DNA of 64,000 nucleotides from Escherichia coli (GTDB lineage Bacteria; Pseudomonadota; Gammaproteobacteria; Enterobacterales; Enterobacteriaceae): NCBI RefSeq assembly GCF_003334305.1, contig NZ_QOWS01000003.1; one strand, 5' to 3'. Shown piece by piece: positions 57,084 to 64,000 of this stretch (position 1 is its first letter; each line of letters starts with the position of its first letter). The notes under the pieces were generated by a model. It saw only the letters and a program-made list of their open reading frames with translations, ran no database searches and was not told where the DNA came from. The position numbers and the translations under genes were made by a program.

Positions 57084-57809
57084 ATGTTGCCAGGATGCTG
57101 CAAAAATGGAATTGTTATCAGTAAAATACCTGTTATGCAAGCAGGGTTAAAAGAGGTCATGAGGACTCACTTCCCTGAATATGAAATAATATCCAGCGCC
57201 TCTGCGGAGGACCTTACCTTATTACAATTACGTCGTTCCGGATTAGTCATTGCTGATTTAGCCGGTGAAAGTGAAGATCCTCGTTCTGTTTGTGAACATT
57301 ATTATTCTTTAATCTCACAATATCGGGAAATTCACTGGGTTTTCATGGTGTCACGCTCCTGGTATTCCCAGGCAGTAGAATTGCTCATGTGCCCTACGGC
57401 GACGTTATTGTCTGATGTTGAACCCATTGAGAATCTGGTCAAGACCGTACGTTCCGGCAATACGCACGCAGAGCGTATCAGCGCCATGCTGACCTCTCCG
57501 GCAATGAATGAAACTCATGATTTTAGCTATCGCTCCGTCATTCTCACTCTTTCAGAGCGCAAGGTACTGCGGCTATTAGGTAAAGGATGGGGCATCAACC
57601 AGATAGCTTCGTTGCTTAAGAAAAGTAATAAAACTATCAGCGCCCAAAAAAACAGTGCGATGCGTCGACTGGCAATTCACAGCAACGCTGAAATGTATGC
57701 ATGGATAAATAGCGCGCAGGGTGCAAGAGAACTTAACTTGCCTTCTGTTTATGGAGATGCCGCAGAATGGAACACAGCCGAATTAAGAAGAGAAATGTCG
57801 CACTCATAG
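57084..57809 (+). CDS. yjjQ: LuxR/FixJ-type transcriptional regulator YjjQ
   Basis: 241-aa ORF with C-terminal LuxR-type HTH; preceded by a roughly 620-bp AT-rich region. Confidence 0.85.
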   Translation: MLPGCCKNGIVISKIPVMQAGLKEVMRTHFPEYEIISSASAEDLTLLQLRRSGLVIADLAGESEDPRSVCEHYYSLISQYREIHWVFMVSRSWYSQAVELLMCPTATLLSDVEPIENLVKTVRSGNTHAERISAMLTSPAMNETHDFSYRSVILTLSERKVLRLLGKGWGINQIASLLKKSNKTISAQKNSAMRRLAIHSNAEMYAWINSAQGARELNLPSVYGDAAEWNTAELRREMSHS

Positions 57810-58444
57810 AAAAATGCGTCATGAGCAGTATCGGTATTGAGAGTTTATTCAGAAAGTTTGCGGGTAACCCTTATAAGCTCCATACCTATACCAGTCAGGA
57901 GTCATTTCAGGATGCCATGTCGCGGATCTCATTTGCGGCGGTCATTTTTTCTTTTTCTGCCATGAGAAGTGAGCGCAGAGAGGGATTATCTTGCCTGACT
58001 GAACTGGCGATTAAGTTTCCGCGTACCCGGCGTTTAGTTATTGCGGATGATGATATTGAAGCTCGGCTGATTGGTTCATTGTCGCCATCACCGCTGGACG
58101 GTGTATTAAGTAAAGCGTCAACGCTGGAGATTTTTCATCAGGAACTCTTTTTGTCATTAAATGGTGTACGTCAGGCGACCGACCGACTGAACAATCAGTG
58201 GTACATTAACCAAAGCCGGACGCTAAGCCCGACGGAGAGAGAAATATTGCGCTTTATGTCGCGTGGCTACTCAATGACACAAATTGCCGAGCAGCTTAAA
58301 CGCAATATCAAAACGATCCGTGCACATAAATTTAATGTGATGTCGAAACTGGGCGTCAGTTCTGATGCAGGGTTGTTGGAGGCCGCAGATATTCTGTTAT
58401 GTATGCGGCATTGCGAAGCAAGTAATGTGTTGCATCCCTATTAA
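57767..58444 (+). CDS. bglJ: LuxR/FixJ-type transcriptional activator BglJ
   Basis: 225-aa ORF overlapping the yjjQ 3' end by 43 nt; C-terminal LuxR-type HTH ([25 protein letters not shown]). Confidence 0.85.
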   Translation: MEHSRIKKRNVALIEKCVMSSIGIESLFRKFAGNPYKLHTYTSQESFQDAMSRISFAAVIFSFSAMRSERREGLSCLTELAIKFPRTRRLVIADDDIEARLIGSLSPSPLDGVLSKASTLEIFHQELFLSLNGVRQATDRLNNQWYINQSRTLSPTEREILRFMSRGYSMTQIAEQLKRNIKTIRAHKFNVMSKLGVSSDAGLLEAADILLCMRHCEASNVLHPY

Positions 58445-58481
58445 TCCGCATGATGCCGGGTTTACTTCCCCGGCAGTGCTT

Positions 58482-59270
58482 TCATTTCAGCGTACAATCG
58501 CCACATTGCTGCACATCCGGTAAGCGATAACGCTGGCAGCAGGTCCGGCGCACCAGCAGGCCGTCGCGTAGCACCACGGTACGCCAGAGTGGATTATCTT
58601 CACCGGTAGTAAGCGTTTTCTCAAAAAAGAGGGCATGGCGCAGCGATTCAACCGTCGCCTCGCCGAGCAGTTGCTTCATCTCAGTAAGATACCAGTTGAT
58701 CAAATAACCGGTATTACTCCAGATAAGTTTGCCGTTGATCTCTCCGGTCGCTTCTAGTGCCTGCACAACCGGAACCAGCGCCTGGCTGATTAACCTTTCC
58801 ATTCGCTGCTGCGGCGAATGTGGTGTTGCGTTTTTATCTTCACACACATCGACCCAGAAACAGGCGGCACGGCCGGTTTCGTGAAACTCAGCATGGAAAT
58901 GTTCCGGCGACACATCTAATGCCTTTTCCTGCGTCAGTAGCGCCAGCATTAATGGTGGCACCATCAGGCCGATATACCATTGTGCCCATAGTGAGATCAG
59001 CGGTTTGTTCTCGCGGATCATCGTTGGTTGGTTGCGATAGATATGATCGGAATAGACCGCGAGTAGAGAACTTAGCGCATTCGGTGATGACCATTGCGCC
59101 AGCGTCATGGCGTTAAGCGGAGCGGGTTCATCCAGGCGGATAAACTCCAGCAAATGTTCACGATGTTCGGCGATCGTCGCACGTACGGCTTGTGCAAGCC
59201 CAGCATCCTGTGGCTGGAGATGCGTTCGCCAGATAACATCTTCATAGAGCGGTGCGGAACGATAGGCCAT
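58482..59270 (-). CDS. fhuF: Ferric-siderophore reductase (2Fe-2S)
   Basis: 262-aa ORF; C-terminal cysteine cluster (C-C-x10-C-x2-C); recognised FhuF. Confidence 0.9.
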   Translation of the reverse strand: MAYRSAPLYEDVIWRTHLQPQDAGLAQAVRATIAEHREHLLEFIRLDEPAPLNAMTLAQWSSPNALSSLLAVYSDHIYRNQPTMIRENKPLISLWAQWYIGLMVPPLMLALLTQEKALDVSPEHFHAEFHETGRAACFWVDVCEDKNATPHSPQQRMERLISQALVPVVQALEATGEINGKLIWSNTGYLINWYLTEMKQLLGEATVESLRHALFFEKTLTTGEDNPLWRTVVLRDGLLVRRTCCQRYRLPDVQQCGDCTLK

Positions 59271-59288
59271 AATCGGGATAGTAATCTA

Positions 59289-59372
59289 AATGATAATGAT
59301 TGCTAATCCTAGCGATAGGTTTACCCGATAGCAAGGGATTTCTCTGGCTTGCAAATGATAAAAATTATCATA
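59289..59372. promoter_or_regulatory. Fur boxes in the divergent fhuF/yjjZ promoter region
   Basis: TGATAATGATTGCTAATC (59291..59308) and AATGATAAAAATTATCATA (59354..59372) resemble the Fur consensus GATAATGATAATCATTATC. Confidence 0.5.
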
Positions 59373-59410
59373 TGATATTGGTTTTCATTATCAATGAAAG
59401 AGATGAAACC

Positions 59411-59647
59411 ATGTTGCAACGTACGCTGGGCAGTGGCTGGGGAGTGTTGCTGCCAGGATTGCTGATTGCAGGGCTGATGTATGCGGATTTATCACCGGAT
59501 CAGTGGCGGATTGTCATTCTGATGGGATTAGTATTGACGTCGGTGATGCTGTATCACAAACAGTTACGGCATTACGTTTTGCTACCATCGTGCCTGGCGC
59601 TTATTGCTGCCATCATGCTGATGATAATGAATTTGAATCAGGGATGA
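59411..59647 (+). CDS. yjjZ: Small membrane protein YjjZ
   Basis: 78 aa from MLQRTLGSGWGVLLPGLLIAGL; hydrophobic; the ORF-track start at 59300 is a TTG running through the Fur-box region and is rejected. Confidence 0.7.
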   Translation: MLQRTLGSGWGVLLPGLLIAGLMYADLSPDQWRIVILMGLVLTSVMLYHKQLRHYVLLPSCLALIAAIMLMIMNLNQG

Positions 59648-59685
59648 AAAATCAAGGAAGAAACAAGAAAGGAAGTAAAGATAAT

Positions 59686-59772
59686 TGGTGCGAGGGGGGG
59701 GACTTGAACCCCCACGTCCGTAAGGACACTAACACCTGAAGCTAGCGCGTCTACCAATTCCGCCACCTTCGC
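59686..59772 (-). tRNA. leuV: tRNA-Leu (anticodon CAG)
   Basis: Reverse complement reads GCGAAGGTGGCGGAATTGGTAGACGCGCTAGCTTCAGGTGTTAGTGTCCTTACGGACGTGGGGGTTCAAGTCCCCCCCCTCGCACCA (87 nt, long variable arm, encoded CCA). Only one copy is present in the window. Confidence 0.9.
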
Positions 59773-59896
59773 ATACCATCAATTCTTAAAAAGAATTGCT
59801 ACCACGGAGGCGCATTCTAGTGGTTTTCAGCTTTTCGTCAATAGTTAATTATCGCCGGAGGTGTAATTGCTGGAAAAATGTCCATCAGGAAACTAG

Positions 59897-60062
<166 letters not shown>

Positions 60063-60072
60063 GGCGGGATAC

Positions 60073-61104
60073 TTAACCTTTCTTCGCCTGGCGGGTCATA
60101 ATGGCGCGATACACCTTGAAGCGCCCGGTTTGCGCGATAACTTCATGGAAGCCAAATGTCTCATCCAGCACGTCCGGGTAAGGCAGGAAGGCGTTCGCTA
60201 CAATTCGCAGCTCGCCGCCGCTATTAAGATGACGCACCGCGCCGCGAATCAGCGTTTGCGCCGCATCCAGGCTGGTTTGCATCCCATCGTGGAACGGCGG
60301 GTTGGAGATGATCATATCAAAACGACCTTTCACCTCGGAAAAGACGTTGCTGGCAAAGACTTCACCTTCAACACAGTTGGCCGCAAGTGTTGCGCGGCTG
60401 GCTTCTACCGCTGGCGCAGAGACATCGCACAAGGTGAGACGAATTTTCGGCGAATGGCGCGCAAAGGCAACTGAAAGCACCCCCGCGCCACAGCCGACAT
60501 CCAGCACTTTACCTTTCGTGTGCGGAGTTAACGTCGAGAGCAGCAACTGGCTACCGACATCCAGACCGTCGCGGCTAAACACGCCAGGCAGCGTTTTGAC
60601 CGTCAGGCCATCGACGCTGTATTCGCCCCAGAATTTATCGGCATCAAATACCGGCTGTTTTTCCAGACGACCAAAATAGAGGCCACAGCGACGAGCGCTG
60701 TCGACTTTATTCAACGGCGCATAATCTGCCAGCATCTGCTCGGCGCTGCGCACGCCGCTGCGGTTCTCGCCAACGACAAAAATATCCGTCCCCACCGGCA
60801 GCAGAGAAAGTAAATTCATCAACTGGAACTGGGCTTCCGGTTTGTTCTTCGGCCAGTAGTAAATCAGCGTATCGCAATCTGCGACGTCATCCGCCGTGGC
60901 GACCAGACTGAAACGGGCGTTATCCCCCATCTGGCGGCTTAATACCTGCCAGTGGTGGAATTGCTGGGTATGAGCACGGCTGGCCGCGGTATCTAAACGC
61001 GCGGGCAGGTCATCCTGTAAGTCTCCGGCAAACAGAATACGGCTTTGTTCGAAATCATCACTGTGACGCAGCAAGACTTCACTTGCCGGGGTAAATGCAG
61101 ACAT
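60073..61104 (-). CDS. rsmC: 16S rRNA m2G1207 methyltransferase
   Basis: 343-aa ORF; SAM-binding motif [12 protein letters not shown]; recognised RsmC. Confidence 0.9.
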
Positions 61105-61206
61105 GGAATGCTCCTCAATTGATACTGGCGGCGATTATAGCCATATGTTGGCGCGGTATCGACGAATTTGCTATATTTGCGCCCCTGACAACAGGAGCGA
61201 TTCGCT

Positions 61207-61620
61207 ATGACATCCCGACGAGACTGGCAGTTACAGCAACTGGGCATTACCCAGTGGTCGCTGCGTCGCCCTGGCGCGTTGCAGGGGGAGATTGCCATTG
61301 CGATCCCGGCACACGTCCGTCTGGTGATGGTGGCAAACGATCTTCCCGCCCTGACTGATCCTTTAGTGAGCGATGTTCTGCGCGCATTAACCGTCAGCCC
61401 CGACCAGGTGCTGCAACTGACGCCAGAAAAAATCGCGATGCTGCCGCAAGGCAGTCGCTGCAACAGCTGGCGGTTGGGTACTGACGAACCGCTATCACTG
61501 GAAGGCGCTCAGGTGGCATCACCGGCGCTCACCGATTTACGGGCAAACCCAACGGCACGCGCCGCGTTATGGCAACAAATTTGCACATATGAACACGATT
61601 TCTTCCCTCGAAACGACTGA
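61207..61620 (+). CDS. holD: DNA polymerase III psi subunit
   Basis: 137-aa ORF MTSRRDWQLQQLGITQWSLRRP; recognised HolD. Confidence 0.9.
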   Translation: MTSRRDWQLQQLGITQWSLRRPGALQGEIAIAIPAHVRLVMVANDLPALTDPLVSDVLRALTVSPDQVLQLTPEKIAMLPQGSRCNSWRLGTDEPLSLEGAQVASPALTDLRANPTARAALWQQICTYEHDFFPRND

Positions 61621-62035
61621 TTTACCGGCGGCTTACCACATTGAACAACGCGCCCACGCCTTTCCGTGGAGTGAAAAAACCTTTGCCAGCAACCAGGGCG
61701 AGCGTTATCTCAACTTTCAGTTAACGCAAAACGGCAAAATGGCGGCGTTTGCGATTACGCAAGTGGTGCTGGATGAAGCTACATTGTTCAATATTGCGGT
61801 CGATCCTGACTATCAGCGTCAGGGATTGGGAAGGGCGCTGCTGGAACATCTGATCGACGAACTGGAAAAACGCGGCGTGGCGACACTATGGCTGGAAGTC
61901 CGTGCTTCAAACGCTGCCGCCATTGCCCTGTACGAAAGTTTAGGCTTTAACGAGGCGACGATTCGCCGCAATTACTACCCCACCACGGACGGTCGCGAAG
62001 ACGCCATCATCATGGCGTTGCCAATCAGTATGTAA
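61589..62035 (+). CDS. rimI: Ribosomal protein S18 alanine N-acetyltransferase
   Basis: 148-aa GNAT ORF overlapping the holD 3' end by 32 nt; recognised RimI. Confidence 0.9.
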   Translation: MNTISSLETTDLPAAYHIEQRAHAFPWSEKTFASNQGERYLNFQLTQNGKMAAFAITQVVLDEATLFNIAVDPDYQRQGLGRALLEHLIDELEKRGVATLWLEVRASNAAAIALYESLGFNEATIRRNYYPTTDGREDAIIMALPISM

Positions 62036-62049
62036 GACAAGGTGGAATA

Positions 62050-62727
62050 ATGAAGTGGGACTGGATTTTCTTTGATGCCGATGAAACGCTGTTTACCTTT
62101 GACTCATTCACCGGCCTGCAGCGGATGTTTCTTGATTACAGCGTCACCTTTACCGCTGAAGATTTTCAGGACTATCAGGCCGTTAACAAGCCACTGTGGG
62201 TGGATTATCAAAACGGCGCGATCACTTCATTACAGCTTCAGCACGGGCGTTTTGAGAGCTGGGCCGAACGGCTGAAAGTTGAAGCAGGCTTGCTTAACGA
62301 TGCCTTTATTAATGCGATGGCGGAAATCTGCACGCCGCTGCCGGGCGCGGTTTCTCTGCTTAACGCCATTCGTGGCAACGCCAAAATCGGCATCATCACC
62401 AACGGCTTTAGCGCCTTGCAGCAAGTGCGTCTGGAACGCACGGGCCTGCGTGATTACTTCGATTTGCTGGTGATTTCCGAAGAAGTTGGCGTTGCCAAAC
62501 CGAATAAGAAAATTTTCGATTATGCGCTGGAACAGGCGGGCAATCCTGACCGTTCACGCGTGCTGATGGTTGGCGACACTGCCGAGTCCGATATTCTCGG
62601 TGGCATCAACGCCGGGCTTGCGACCTGCTGGCTGAATGCGCACCATCGCGAGCAACCAGAAGGCATCGCGCCCACCTGGACCGTTTCTTCGTTGCACGAA
62701 CTGGAGCAGCTCCTGTGTAAACACTGA
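62050..62727 (+). CDS. yjjG: HAD-superfamily pyrimidine 5'-nucleotidase
   Basis: 225-aa ORF with HAD motif I (FFDADETLF); recognised YjjG. Confidence 0.9.
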   Translation: MKWDWIFFDADETLFTFDSFTGLQRMFLDYSVTFTAEDFQDYQAVNKPLWVDYQNGAITSLQLQHGRFESWAERLKVEAGLLNDAFINAMAEICTPLPGAVSLLNAIRGNAKIGIITNGFSALQQVRLERTGLRDYFDLLVISEEVGVAKPNKKIFDYALEQAGNPDRSRVLMVGDTAESDILGGINAGLATCWLNAHHREQPEGIAPTWTVSSLHELEQLLCKH

Positions 62728-62817
62728 TTGCCTCCCCCCCGTTGATGGGTAAAATAGCCGCAATTTTTCGTTTTCAACAAGCGCGGCGCGATGCCGCTTA
62801 CTCAAGAAGAAAGAATT

Positions 62818-64000
62818 ATGACGTTGTCTCCTTATTTGCAAGAGGTGGCGAAGCGCCGCACTTTTGCCATTATTTCTCACCCGGATGCCGGTAAGACTAC
62901 CATCACCGAGAAGGTGCTGCTGTTCGGACAGGCCATTCAGACCGCCGGTACAGTAAAAGGCCGTGGTTCCAACCAGCACGCTAAGTCGGACTGGATGGAG
63001 ATGGAAAAGCAGCGTGGGATCTCCATTACTACGTCTGTGATGCAGTTTCCGTATCACGATTGCCTGGTTAACCTGCTCGACACCCCGGGGCACGAAGACT
63101 TCTCGGAAGATACCTATCGTACCCTGACGGCGGTGGACTGCTGCCTGATGGTTATCGACGCTGCAAAAGGTGTTGAAGATCGTACCCGTAAGCTGATGGA
63201 AGTTACCCGTCTGCGCGACACGCCGATCCTCACCTTTATGAACAAACTTGACCGTGATATCCGCGACCCGATGGAACTGCTCGATGAAGTTGAGAACGAG
63301 CTGAAAATCGGCTGCGCACCGATCACATGGCCGATTGGCTGCGGCAAGCTGTTTAAAGGCGTTTACCACCTTTATAAAGACGAAACCTATCTCTATCAGA
63401 GCGGTAAAGGCCACACGATTCAGGAAGTCCGTATTGTTAAAGGGCTGAATAACCCGGATCTCGACGCTGCGGTTGGTGAAGATCTGGCACAGCAGCTACG
63501 TGACGAACTGGAACTGGTGAAAGGCGCGTCTAACGAGTTCGACAAAGAACTGTTCCTTGCGGGCGAAATCACTCCGGTATTCTTCGGTACTGCGCTGGGT
63601 AACTTCGGTGTTGATCATATGCTGGATGGCCTGGTGGAGTGGGCTCCTGCGCCGATGCCGCGTCAGACTGATACCCGTACCGTAGAGGCGAGCGAAGACA
63701 AATTTACCGGCTTCGTATTTAAAATTCAGGCCAACATGGACCCGAAACACCGCGACCGCGTGGCGTTTATGCGCGTAGTATCCGGTAAATATGAAAAAGG
63801 CATGAAGCTGCGCCAGGTGCGTACTGCGAAAGATGTGGTTATCTCCGACGCGCTGACCTTTATGGCGGGCGACCGTTCGCACGTTGAAGAAGCGTATCCG
63901 GGCGATATCCTCGGCCTGCACAACCACGGCACTATTCAGATCGGCGACACCTTTACCCAGGGTGAGATGATGAAGTTCACCGGTATTCCGAACTTCGCAC
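62818..64000 (+). CDS. prfC: Peptide chain release factor 3 (GTPase), 5' portion; continues beyond the window
   Basis: ATG at 62818 ([32 protein letters not shown]...) with G1 P-loop and DTPGH motif; open to the window end. Missing from the ORF track because no stop lies within the window; the listed antisense ORF 62554..63414 is its shadow. Confidence 0.9.

Noticed and set aside
62554-63414. 286-aa ORF on the minus strand
   Set aside because: Antisense to the 5' part of prfC, which is missing from the ORF track only because its stop lies beyond the window.

Overview
This window reads as a contiguous Escherichia coli chromosomal segment, syntenic with the K-12 map from the end of the fim operon to prfC, but carrying two accessory blocks that K-12 lacks. 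All identifications are from reading the ORF track and sequence against remembered E. coli proteins; no database search was run. Gene order: fimC (3' end), fimD, fimF, fimG, fimH | gntP | uxuA, uxuB, uxuR | yjiC | iraD | hypT | iadA, yjiG, yjiH | kptA | yjiJ, yjiK, yjiL, yjiM, yjiN, mdtM | rpnD | yjiR | yjiS | pac | yjiA, yjiX, btsT | hpaC, hpaB, hpaA, hpaX, hpaI, hpaH, hpaF, hpaD, hpaE, hpaG, hpaR | tsr | lgoT, lgoR, lgoD | opgB | yjjA, dnaC, dnaT, yjjB, yjjP | yjjQ, bglJ | fhuF | yjjZ | tRNA-Leu | rsmC | holD, rimI, yjjG, prfC (5' part). The two accessory blocks are a penicillin G acylase gene (pac) sitting where K-12 has its mcrBC/hsd/mrr restriction region, and the 11-gene 4-hydroxyphenylacetate (hpa) cluster between btsT and tsr; both are typical of E. 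coli W/ATCC 11105-like strains. Every ORF of 200 aa or more is accounted for by a recognisable gene or is an antisense shadow of one, so I found no wholly novel protein-coding system. The best candidates for a second look are conserved but uncharacterised modules, chiefly yjiL-yjiM (a predicted radical 2-hydroxyacyl-CoA dehydratase-like pair), iadA-yjiG-yjiH, and the AT-rich orphan yjiC, plus several fine-scale features: a poly-Gln length variant in Tsr, an intact rpnD, a single tRNA-Leu copy, and regulator binding-site motifs. No CRISPR array, IS element, integrase or prophage was seen.
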